Origin: Candidatus Latescibacterota bacterium
GTDB lineage: Bacteria > JAAXHH01
DNA length: 49,974 nucleotides
Assembly (NCBI GenBank): GCA_022821935.1
Contig: JAJECR010000159.1
Location: forward strand, 1 to 49,974
Direction: 5' to 3'
The notes under the pieces are model-generated. The model was not told the DNA's origin and did no database searches. It saw only the letters and a program-made list of their open reading frames with translations. Positions 20,101 to 27,281 of this stretch are shown in pieces. Every line of letters starts with the position of its first letter. Position 1 is the first letter of the stretch. The position numbers and the translations under genes were made by a program.

Positions 20101-20314
20101 GAACCGTCAGACCCAGTGCCTTCAATGTGAATACAGACATGGATGGCGAAATCCGGACTGTGGAAGGTACTAGTGAAGGTGGCGGTGGTGGAGTCGGAGT
20201 TGTTGGTGGAGGAGTCGGCGCCGGGGGAGCGGGCGTCGTGGTGCTGTCTTTACCACAGGTTGCGCAAGCCAGTATCACTCCCATGAACAATACCTGGTAT
20301 ATAAAGCGGGACAT
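17153..20314 (-). CDS. large lipoprotein: Pro/Thr linker, two Big_2 Ig-like domains, four capped cassettes of plant-type leucine-rich repeats
   Basis: Signal plus lipobox (VILAC), then PAPPAPTPPPTTPTPPPPP. Big_2 signature W.SSN..VATV...GLVTAV appears twice. Many 24-residue repeats of the form LxxLxxLxLxxNxLxGxIPxE(I/L)GxL. The gene is visibly lower in GC than its flanks. Confidence 0.85.
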   Translation of the reverse strand: MSRFIYQVLFMGVILACATCGKDSTTTPAPPAPTPPPTTPTPPPPPSLVPSTVRISPSMSVFTLKALGLTVQLTAQVLAQNNRTINDAQVAWSSSNSGVATVNAQGLVTAVGVGTVNITARSGSVTASVEVRVSQELDKFVVEPSIVMLSAVGETVQLTAIIQDSNENPIPQASVTWLSYETDIATVNNQGLVTAVGNGSTVIVARHRGLRIEVPVTVSVRSPDREILVLLYNQTDGANWNRSSNWLSEKPVSEWANVTVDSQGNVRELWLRSNNLKGRIPGEFGQLSHLEKLDLSDNELEGSIPPELGRLAKLEQLVLNNSQLTGSIPREIGQLSQLEALFLHENRLTGSIPPETGQLANVVEVFLNGNQLTGSIPAELGQLTHLTTLVLSHNQLSGPLPPEMGQLHRLEALFLNDNPDLSGPLPREFLNIGQVRLYAQNTALCAPLDAEFYDWLLEIQSSDRIASCEFTGSDRDVLAVMYNEMGGGNWTERQNWLTDRPIGEWFGVETNTNGQVRSISLPDNMISGDIPYELGKLTELEILDLSGNLLTGPLPPTMGELGNLVNLQLQNNIGLTGYLPHEYTKLHNLEHLILYGTQICAQNASDIEAWLEGIPDRRITNCDDLRFDRIALDALYNRTRGRNWTDNDGWGSNEYVGTWHGVTTNEDGRVTGLQLAENNLQGRLPSEIYLLRFLTHLDLSDNPNIGGPLPPEITRLDLDTLLLTGTQFCFSEDDEFQDWLSTVEHVSYETCGVINPHPDLDALTAFFNATNGPGWKDKNNWLSQSPIETWYGIVVDEEDRVAEINMFANDLTGEIPPEIEELSKLKRLYLERNSISESIPAEIGKLQHLETLYLAYNDISGTIPPEIGQLGNLTTLLLQENALTGTIPPEIGQLSNLEILRLDDNDLEGDIPDEIGELTSLTTLILGTNRLSGHIPEEIGQLKNLTLLDLSEGLLTGVIPREIWRLDKLEGLRLSINRLSGSVSTEIARLTNLKEFDIRHNMDMSGRLPRQITSLSLTHLLTLGTSICIPADAEFQTWLRGVPVRELSEPCNI

Positions 20315-20460
20315 CTGATTTCTTCCTTATGGGTGGTGGCCGCCTGTGGATACCGAAGGTTAAGATCTAATTACTTTTCGATCTGGCCTTTCGAAATATC
20401 TACCGTTCAGTTTTGATGTCTAAAACATCTTAATGAATTCAACCTAATGAATTTGATCAT

Positions 20461-20817
20461 ATGTCAGAATGCGAAAATTCAATTGTAATTACACAGATGT
20501 TTAAAACAACATCGAATCTCATTGACCGGATCGTGCGAAGGCTACTAGTGCCCTTGCGGCCCCGAACCTATAGCAATGATGACGAGCGGTTGTCCCGACT
20601 GTGTGTGGCACGTCATTGGGTTCCCGAATGTTTTGAACGGTGTCTGGCCGCACTCATCGTTGAGATAATCGTTGAGATATTAGAAATTGGCTCTTTCATG
20701 AAATGGCAACCCACAACAACTGAATTTGATTTTGTTCAGAAACCTGAGACTTACGTGCGTTGCCGGACCGTTAGAAGGCGAAGTGTATTCATTCGATTCC
20801 TGCCAATGGGGCCATAA
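20461..20817 (+). CDS. hypothetical ORF in the AT-rich spacer (may be non-coding)
   Basis: An ORF only, with no recognisable motif. It contains a 12-nt tandem duplication (IVEIIVEIL). Confidence 0.15.
   Translation: MSECENSIVITQMFKTTSNLIDRIVRRLLVPLRPRTYSNDDERLSRLCVARHWVPECFERCLAALIVEIIVEILEIGSFMKWQPTTTEFDFVQKPETYVRCRTVRRRSVFIRFLPMGP
20657..20680. repeat. 12-nt tandem duplication (tcgttgagataa / tcgttgagatat)
   Basis: Read directly; 11 of 12 positions are identical. Confidence 0.8.
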
Positions 20818-21065
20818 AGGTGAATTTACTGTTGTTTCTACTCGTCATTTTCGTTAAATTTGCCTATCTGATTCCACGTTTGGGCAAAGCGATTTGCTTT
20901 GGGTGGAAATCCGCGTAGTAGATGGATTTACAGCTCGGTTCCCGCTCAGGGATTCGGCGTTCGTTTAGTGACTGAGGTTCAAACAGTTCATTTGGAACAT
21001 CTAGAGAATTCGTAATCCGGGCAAGGCGGGAATCCGGTCTGGACTACAGAGGGCAGAAACACCTG

Positions 21066-21151
21066 GGAGAGGTGCGAGAGCGGTTGAATCGGCACGCCTG
21101 GAGAGCGTGTGTTCACCATGTGGACCGTGGGTTCGAATCCCACCCTCTCCG
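21066..21151 (+). tRNA. tRNA-Ser (anticodon GGA), class II
   Basis: Its acceptor, D-arm region and T arm are nearly identical to tRNA-Ser(CGA) at 16952. Anticodon stem CACGC/GCGTG with loop CTGGAGA. Confidence 0.9.
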
Positions 21152-21262
21152 TTGATCGCCGGGGGAAACCCGGACCTGGAACGAAGGGTGGTGGCGCGCA
21201 TGGGTGCGCATGGTCCCGCCCGAAACTTTGCCTTCGCAAGGCCCTCGTTCCACGACAGTTTT

Positions 21263-21335
21263 GGGGCAGTAGCTCAGTTGGGAGAGCGCCAGAATCGCAA
21301 TCTGGAGGTCGGCGGTTCGATTCCGCTCTGCTCCA
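21263..21335 (+). tRNA. tRNA-Ala (anticodon CGC)
   Basis: Acceptor GGGGCAG/CTGCTCC with the G3:U70 alanine identity pair. Anticodon loop ATCGCAA. T arm GGCGG-TTCGATT-CCGCT. Confidence 0.9.
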
Positions 21336-21402
21336 CTCGGGAGGCCGGGACGGTTTGAATCCGCGTTCCCGGTCATCCCGAAATACAGGCTTGGTTCGAT
21401 TA

Positions 21403-21676
21403 CGGTCGTGCTAGATGGGGAGTTAGCGGTGCCCTGTAACCCGCAACCCGCTACAGCGGGATCGAATTCCCATCCCGAGGATCGTCCTTGCTTCGCCGGT
21501 ATGTGTTGCATCCGGTATTGAAGGTCAGGTCCTGCGCAACGTGACAACGCCCAACCCCGTCAGGACCGGAAGGTAGCAGCGGTAAGCGCCTGAATCGTGT
21601 GCCGCGGGAGCGCCTGGCCGGAGCCGGCGGCACGGATGCCCCGAAACGAGGAGATTCGAGGGTGGGTGCACGACCG
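21403..21676 (+). ncRNA. ffs: signal recognition particle RNA, large (Bacillus-type, Alu-domain-containing) form
   Basis: Terminal helix CGGTCGTGC / GCACGACCG. The Alu-domain-like 5' part, GGGGAGTTAGCGGTGCCCTGTAACCCGCAACCCGCTACAGCGGGATCGAATTCCC, closely parallels B. subtilis scRNA as I recall it. The S-domain core GTCAGGACCGGAAGGTAGCAGCGGTAAG and its 3' partner GTGTGCCGCGGGAGCGCCTGGCC are present. It sits directly upstream of dnaX, as in Bacillus. Confidence 0.88.
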
Positions 21677-21728
21677 CTTGACAAATACCGTTCCGTTCCG
21701 CCTGCCTCTCGTCCCACGTTACCCAGGC

Positions 21729-23813
21729 ATGGAGGTTTGGGCATTGGCCTACGAAGTCACGGCCCGAAAATGGCGTCCCCAGGAATTCGACGGCGTAATC
21801 GGCCAGGAACACGTCACCACCACGCTTAAGAACGCCATTCAGGCCGGCCAGATCGCCCATGCCTACCTGTTCGCCGGTCCCCGCGGCGTGGGCAAGACGA
21901 CCACGGCCCGCATCCTGGCCAAGGCCCTGAACTGCGTCGAAGGCCCTACCGTAACGCCCTGTAATGCCTGCTCGTTCTGCCGGGAAATCTCGGAAGGACG
22001 CAGCGTCGACGTGCTGGAGATCGACGGCGCCTCCAACAACCGGGTCGAGCAGGTCCGGACGCATCTGCTCGAGAGCGTCAAGTACACGCCCAGCCAGGGC
22101 AAGCACAAGATCTACATCATCGACGAAGTGCACATGCTCACCAAGGAGGCCTTCAACGCCTTGTTGAAGACGCTCGAAGAGCCGCCTGCCCACGTGTACT
22201 TCATCTTCGCGACGACGGACCCCCGGAAGGTGATCCCCACCGTGCTTTCCCGGTGCCAGCGGTTCGACTTCCGGCGCATATCGGGACCCACCATCGCGGA
22301 TCACCTGGCCATGATCAGCGAGCAGAGCGGGTACGACATCCAGCGCGAGGCCCTCGCCCTCATCGCGCGCCGGGTGGACGGCAGCATGCGGGACGCCGAA
22401 AGCCTGCTGGACCAGGTCGTCGCCTTCGGCGGTACCGGCCTGACCGCCCGTGAAGCGGCCGAGGTCCTGGGCATCGTGGACCAGGACGTCTATTTCGAAC
22501 TGCTCGACATCGTGGCGGACCAGGACGTCCCCCGGGGGCTTGACCTGGTCGACAGCGTCTTCCGGCAGGGGCACGACCTCGAGGAGATCATCCTGGGCGT
22601 GCTGGAACACCTGCGCAACCTGCTCGTCGTCAAGGCGGCTCCCGAAGCGGACGCGCTGCTCGGCGCCGCCGCGCTGGCATTCGACCGCTACCGGGAACAG
22701 GCGGAGCGATTCGATACGGAAGATCTCCTCAGGCTGTCTCAACTGGCCACGCAGATGGAACAGTCCGTAAAGCAAAGCGCGCTTCCCCGGGTGCAGCTCG
22801 AGACGGGCATCGTCCGCATGATACGTATGGCCAAATCGGTGCAGTTGACGGACGTCATGACCCGTCTGTCCGATTTGGCCCGCCGCGTTGGATCGGGAGA
22901 AGAAGTCGACGCTCCCGATGCAGCGGTCTCCGAAGAAGCGAAACCACACGCTGGCGCGCGGGAATCAAACCATTCCGCTGCCCGTACCGTTGCGCAACCG
23001 AAATCCGGGGACGCCGCTGAATCAGGACCATCGGACGCGCCTCCCGAATCGCGGCCCGCCGGACCGGGACCATCAGCTGGCGCATCGCCAACAGCGTCTT
23101 CAGCGCCTCCAGTCACGGCGTATTCAAAATCTCCAGCCGCGGCGCCGGCCTCGTCGTCCTCCGAGGAACCGGCCGCTTCCTCTTCCCGCGCACCGGACCA
23201 GCCACAGGGCACATCGCCCGCGCCGGACGACCAGGCACCTCAGGCGCCGGACGACCTGGCGCCTCAAGACCCCGGAACCTCTGTGGAGCCCGAAACGGCC
23301 ACGGTGGCTGCCCCGGTGCCGGACATACGAAAGGTTCGCAGCCGCTGGCCTTCCATCGTGAAGGAAATCACGGCGCAGCGGAGCGCTCTGGGCAGTTTCA
23401 TGGCGGAAGCGGAAGTCTCGGCTTGCGCGCCGCCCGATGATGACCGGCCGGGCGCACCCGCCAGGATTACCCTCAGTTTCGGGGCCAGCGGGGTCTTTCA
23501 CAAGCAACAGGCGGAAAAACGTGAGAACGCGGCGCTGATTCAAAATACAATCGCCAACGTACTGGGGATTCCGGTTCGGATCGCCTGTGAAATCGCGGAC
23601 GGTCCCGTTCGGGACGAGAGCAATATCCTGGAGGAAACCCCGGCCGGGGACGCACAGGGCCCCTCACCGGGCGCTCCATCGGCCGAGAGCGCAACATCGG
23701 TTGGGAGCGTCACGTCGGCCGGGAAGGAGACAGGCGCCCGTTCCGGCGCCGCGAAAGACCCGGCCGTCATGAAGATCGTGGAGGCTTTCGACGGCCAGAT
23801 TGTAACGGAATAA
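21729..23813 (+). CDS. dnaX: DNA polymerase III subunits gamma/tau
   Basis: Start chosen downstream of the SRP RNA (MEVWALAYEVTARKWRPQEF). Walker A GPRGVGKTT, zinc module CVEGPTVTPCNACSFC, Walker B IIDEVHMLT, SRCQRFDF. A long Pro/Ala/Ser-rich linker precedes the C-terminal domain. Confidence 0.92.
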   Translation: MEVWALAYEVTARKWRPQEFDGVIGQEHVTTTLKNAIQAGQIAHAYLFAGPRGVGKTTTARILAKALNCVEGPTVTPCNACSFCREISEGRSVDVLEIDGASNNRVEQVRTHLLESVKYTPSQGKHKIYIIDEVHMLTKEAFNALLKTLEEPPAHVYFIFATTDPRKVIPTVLSRCQRFDFRRISGPTIADHLAMISEQSGYDIQREALALIARRVDGSMRDAESLLDQVVAFGGTGLTAREAAEVLGIVDQDVYFELLDIVADQDVPRGLDLVDSVFRQGHDLEEIILGVLEHLRNLLVVKAAPEADALLGAAALAFDRYREQAERFDTEDLLRLSQLATQMEQSVKQSALPRVQLETGIVRMIRMAKSVQLTDVMTRLSDLARRVGSGEEVDAPDAAVSEEAKPHAGARESNHSAARTVAQPKSGDAAESGPSDAPPESRPAGPGPSAGASPTASSAPPVTAYSKSPAAAPASSSSEEPAASSSRAPDQPQGTSPAPDDQAPQAPDDLAPQDPGTSVEPETATVAAPVPDIRKVRSRWPSIVKEITAQRSALGSFMAEAEVSACAPPDDDRPGAPARITLSFGASGVFHKQQAEKRENAALIQNTIANVLGIPVRIACEIADGPVRDESNILEETPAGDAQGPSPGAPSAESATSVGSVTSAGKETGARSGAAKDPAVMKIVEAFDGQIVTE

Positions 23814-23857
23814 ACCCGGATCGCGGCGGTCGGGAGTTAACAGGAAAGGACAGGGCA

Positions 23858-24169
23858 ATGGCCAAGGGCATGTCGGGCATGATGAAGCGCATGCAGAAGA
23901 TGCAGAAGAAGATGATGCAGCTTCAGGAAGAGATCGCCGAGCGCCGGGTCGAAGGCACGGCCGGCGGCGGCATGGTCACCGCGGTGATCGACGGCAGGCT
24001 GAACGTCGTGGAGCTCAGAATCAATCCGGCTGTGGTGGATCCTGAAGACGTGGAGATGCTCGAAGATCTCGTGCTGGCCGCCGTCAACCAGGGCCAGCAG
24101 AAGGCGCAGGAAATGATGAACCAGGAGATGGGACAGCTCACCGGCGGACTCAACATCCCCGGCCTGTAA
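23858..24169 (+). CDS. ybaB: nucleoid-associated protein YbaB/EbfC
   Basis: 103 aa with MMKRMQKMQKKMMQLQEEI. It lies in the conserved dnaX-ybaB-recR position. Confidence 0.92.
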   Translation: MAKGMSGMMKRMQKMQKKMMQLQEEIAERRVEGTAGGGMVTAVIDGRLNVVELRINPAVVDPEDVEMLEDLVLAAVNQGQQKAQEMMNQEMGQLTGGLNIPGL

Positions 24170-24236
24170 CGTCTCATCCAGCGGTGTTTCGTGGATCCGG
24201 TCCGGTTAGTCGTCGAATAGTCAAGGAACAGGACTC

Positions 24237-24839
24237 ATGGCGCGCAAGTACAGTTCCGAGGCCCTGGCCATCCTGGTGGACGAATTGAGCCGCCTGCCCA
24301 ATATCGGCAGGGTGACGGCGCAGCGGCTGGCCTTCCATATTCTTAAAGGCCCGGCCGAACGCGCCTTTTCGCTGTCTGACGCCATCCGGGCGGTGAAGGA
24401 GAAGGTCCGGTACTGTAACGTGTGCTGGAACATCACCGAGTCTGTTACCTGCGAGATCTGTCACGATGCCCGTCGAAAGCCGGATACCATCTGCGTGGTG
24501 GAGGAACCCCGGGATGTTATTACGCTTGAAACCACGGGAGAGTACCGGGGCCTGTACCACGTGCTCCACGGTGCGCTTTCGCCCCTCGACAACATCACGC
24601 CGGATGACATACGCGCCCGGGAACTCGTGCAGCGGATGAACGATTCGGTGGAAGAGGTCATCATCGCGACCAATCCCAATATCGAAGGAGAAGCCACCGC
24701 GCTCTACCTGAGCCGGCTGATCAAGCCCCTGGGCGTCCGGGTTACCCGGCTCGCCCGCGGTCTTCCCATGGGCGGCGACCTGGAATACGCCGACGAAGTG
24801 ACCCTGGCCCGCGCTCTCGAAGGCCGCACGGAGTTGTAA
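24237..24839 (+). CDS. recR: recombination protein RecR
   Basis: HhH region LPNIGRVTAQRLAFH, zinc finger CNVCWNITESVTCEIC, and Toprim VVEEPRDV. Confidence 0.95.
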   Translation: MARKYSSEALAILVDELSRLPNIGRVTAQRLAFHILKGPAERAFSLSDAIRAVKEKVRYCNVCWNITESVTCEICHDARRKPDTICVVEEPRDVITLETTGEYRGLYHVLHGALSPLDNITPDDIRARELVQRMNDSVEEVIIATNPNIEGEATALYLSRLIKPLGVRVTRLARGLPMGGDLEYADEVTLARALEGRTEL

Positions 24840-24907
24840 CGCGGAGGAGTTGTAACGCGGAGGCGTTGTAACACAGAGGCGATGTAACTCGAAACGGTAA
24901 TGCAATC
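24828..24907. repeat. 16-nt tandem array, 4 good copies plus 1 degenerate (consensus GAGGNGTTGTAACNCG); the first copy contains the recR stop
   Basis: Units start at 24828, 24844, 24860, 24876 and 24892. TAA triplets recur at 24837, 24853, 24869 and 24885. Confidence 0.85.
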
Positions 24908-24937
24908 GCCGGACCGTTCTACCGATCCCTTGTCACT

Positions 24938-25522
24938 ATGAATCTGCCAAACAAACTGACCATATTCCGCATCATCCTGAGTCCCATCTTCATGGTCTTC
25001 TTCCTGGTAGATACATTGTATACACGGTATATCGCCCTGGTGATCTTCATGATCGCTTCGCTGACCGATTTGTACGACGGTTACCTGGCCCGCAAGACCG
25101 GGGTGATCACCAGTTTCGGGAAGTTCATGGATCCCCTGGCGGACAAGATACTCACCTCCACCGCCCTGATCTGCTTCGCGTCCCTCGGCTACATCTACAC
25201 CTGGATGGTCCTGGTCATCATCGGGCGGGACTTCATCGTGACCGGCCTGCGGTGCATCGCGGCATACCGGGGGCTCCTGATCCTGCCGACCCAGGTCGCC
25301 AAGTGGAAGACGGCTTCCCAGATGGTGGTCATTGTAATTATCCTGCTCTACATCAACGTCCAGACGACCATGGTCGCCTACGGCCAGTGGAACGGGGAGT
25401 TCGACGATATCGCCTGGTGGGTGCTCAACGGAATGGTCTTCGTCTCCATGACGCTTACGGTCAGTTCCGGTCTCGACTATGTCGTCAAGAACCGGTCGAT
25501 CATCACCAGTCTGCTGAGGTAG
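24938..25522 (+). CDS. pgsA: CDP-diacylglycerol--glycerol-3-phosphate 3-phosphatidyltransferase
   Basis: CDP-alcohol phosphatidyltransferase motif DLYDGYLARKTGVITSFGKFMDPLADK. Multi-TM. Confidence 0.9.
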   Translation: MNLPNKLTIFRIILSPIFMVFFLVDTLYTRYIALVIFMIASLTDLYDGYLARKTGVITSFGKFMDPLADKILTSTALICFASLGYIYTWMVLVIIGRDFIVTGLRCIAAYRGLLILPTQVAKWKTASQMVVIVIILLYINVQTTMVAYGQWNGEFDDIAWWVLNGMVFVSMTLTVSSGLDYVVKNRSIITSLLR

Positions 25523-25524
25523 GC

Positions 25525-25992
25525 ATGCGCGCCCTGATCATTCTGCTGTCGACCGGATGTTACGTCGGCTACACGCCCCGCGCGCCCGGCACGGCAGGCA
25601 GCGTGCTGGGACTCGGACTGGCCTGGGCGCTGACAGGTCCCCTCGGCCTGTCCCTTCCTTATTATCTGTTGGTTACCGCAGCCCTGTTCCTCCTCGGCGT
25701 CTGGGTATCGGGCCGTGCGGAACCGCTGTTCGGTCACGACGGACCGGAGATCGTGATCGACGAGATTGGCGGGGTCCTGATCGTCTTCCTGATCGTCTTC
25801 TCCGGCATGCCGCTCGATCTCTTCACGGTCGTTGCCGGCTTCGTCCTTTTTCGCGTACTGGACATCTGGAAGCCCTTTCCCTGCGACCTGACGCAGCGTC
25901 TTCCCGGCGGCCTGGGGGTCATGATGGACGACGCCGTTGCCGCGGTCTATACCTATCTCCTGTTATTGCTCACGGGATGGCTTCTGTTATGA
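25525..25992 (+). CDS. pgpA: phosphatidylglycerophosphatase A
   Basis: Start at MRALII. Motifs: PGTAGS, VIDEIGG, LDIWKPFP. Confidence 0.85.
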   Translation: MRALIILLSTGCYVGYTPRAPGTAGSVLGLGLAWALTGPLGLSLPYYLLVTAALFLLGVWVSGRAEPLFGHDGPEIVIDEIGGVLIVFLIVFSGMPLDLFTVVAGFVLFRVLDIWKPFPCDLTQRLPGGLGVMMDDAVAAVYTYLLLLLTGWLLL

Positions 25993-27281
25993 AATCCGCC
26001 GCGATCATCACGATCGGCGACGAGCTGCTCTATGGTTCCGTGGTCGATACCAACGCCGCCTATATCGGCCAGCGCATGACGGAAGCCGGCATCGAACCGG
26101 TCTGTTCCATGACCGTGGGAGACGAGGGTTCCCGTATCGGCCAGGCACTCGACGTCGTGTGCCGCCAGGCGGACGTGGTACTCGTCACGGGCGGACTCGG
26201 ACCGACCCACGACGACGTGACCAAGTCCGTCATCGCGGAGGCGATCGGCCAGGACCTGGTCTTTCATCCCGATATACTGGACACGGTGGAAGCCATGTTC
26301 ACCCAACGGGGCATGGATATGCCGGAGTCGAACCGCATCCAGGCCTATATGCCCAGGGACGCGGAGGTCCTCGACAATCCCGTCGGCACGGCGCCCGGTT
26401 TCCTGGTGCGCCATCACCGCGCGGAGGTTTTCGTCATGCCGGGCGTTCCCCGCGAGATGAAAAAGATGCTGAACGAACAGGTCCTGCCCCGGCTGAAGGA
26501 GCGCGCCGCGGGCAGGGTCATCCTGCACCGGTGGGTCCGCACGACGGGGATCGGCGAATCGAGTCTTTCCCTGATCATCGGCGATGTCATTGAGGAGGCG
26601 GAGGACGTCAAGATAGCCTCCCTGCCCCAGGAAACCGGCGTCAACCTGCGTCTCACGGCCGAGGGCCGAACCGGGGAAGAAGCCTGGGCGCGTATCGAGG
26701 CCGTTGAATCCAGGATGGTTGCCCGGGCCGGCGAGCATATCTACGGCATGGACGACGATACCCTCGAAGAGGTGGTGGGACGCCTGCTCCGGGAAGCCGG
26801 CGCGACGGTGGCGGTCGCCGAATCCTGCACCGGCGGTCTCGTGGCTTCCCGCATGACCGACGTGCCGGGCAGTTCCGATTACCTTTTGGAAGGGGTCGTA
26901 TCTTATAGCAACGCCGCCAAAATGGCGCGCCTGGAGGTTCCGGTCGGGACGATCGACCGGCACGGCGCGGTCAGCGCGGAAACGGCGGCCGCCATGGCCC
27001 AGGGCGTGCGGCAAACTAGCGGCGCCACCTACGGCCTTTCCACGACTGGTGTGGCGGGGCCCGGCGGCGGGACGCCGGAAAAGCCCGTCGGCCTGGTCTA
27101 CCTGGGTCTGGCCGCGGCGGAAGGCGTCGAGACGCGGAAACTCATGCTGGGTCCGGACCGGCACGTCAACAAGACGCGCGCCGCCCTGGCCGCCCTGAAC
27201 CTGCTTCGGCTGGCGCTCACCCGCGCCGGCTGCCTTGAACCTGCTTCGGCCGGCGCTCAACCAGCACCGCCGGGGAACTGA
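25989..27281 (+). CDS. cinA: competence/damage-inducible protein CinA (MoCF-binding domain plus PncC-type NMN amidohydrolase domain)
   Basis: IITIGDELLYG, LVTGGLGPTHDD, VAESCTGG. The start overlaps the pgpA stop (ATGA). The 3' end runs into a tandem repeat array. Confidence 0.9.
   Translation: MKSAAIITIGDELLYGSVVDTNAAYIGQRMTEAGIEPVCSMTVGDEGSRIGQALDVVCRQADVVLVTGGLGPTHDDVTKSVIAEAIGQDLVFHPDILDTVEAMFTQRGMDMPESNRIQAYMPRDAEVLDNPVGTAPGFLVRHHRAEVFVMPGVPREMKKMLNEQVLPRLKERAAGRVILHRWVRTTGIGESSLSLIIGDVIEEAEDVKIASLPQETGVNLRLTAEGRTGEEAWARIEAVESRMVARAGEHIYGMDDDTLEEVVGRLLREAGATVAVAESCTGGLVASRMTDVPGSSDYLLEGVVSYSNAAKMARLEVPVGTIDRHGAVSAETAAAMAQGVRQTSGATYGLSTTGVAGPGGGTPEKPVGLVYLGLAAAEGVETRKLMLGPDRHVNKTRAALAALNLLRLALTRAGCLEPASAGAQPAPPGN

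Noticed and set aside
17037-21065. Integrase, transposase or phage genes and short att-type direct repeats that would define the LRR island as an active mobile element.
   Set aside because: No such ORF is present in any frame. The only flanking repeats are the two complete tRNA-Ser genes themselves.
21345-21372. A T-arm-like hairpin (CCGGGA-cggtttgaatccgcgt-TCCCGG) after tRNA-Ala, considered as a tRNA pseudogene fragment or attachment-site remnant.
   Set aside because: Only a single stem-loop with a T-loop-like sequence is present, and no acceptor or anticodon arm can be built. It is more simply a processing or terminator hairpin.
21597-21728. The upstream extension of the dnaX ORF (track start 21597).
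   Set aside because: The extension overlaps the 3' part of the SRP RNA. DnaX homology (…YEVTARKWRPQEF) starts right after the Met at 21729.
21525-22949. A 474-aa minus-strand ORF opposite dnaX. Similar long antisense ORFs occur at 14169-15641, 25953-27260, 28529-29686, 30193-31302, 30530-31858, 31122-32411, 3731-5248, 8762-9757 and 6911-7891.
   Set aside because: All lie opposite strongly supported genes and show GC-rich shadow-frame composition. None has a family signature.
21729-23813. Programmed ribosomal frameshift or transcriptional slippage site for a gamma subunit in dnaX.
   Set aside because: No A AAA AAG heptamer and no long A-run was seen. The longest A-run, gaaaaac near 23513, is too short.
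24828-24907. Could the tandem arrays (here, and at 27192 and 46356) be CRISPR arrays?
   Set aside because: The units are contiguous with no unique spacers, they are short (16-40 nt), and they decay progressively. No cas genes are present.
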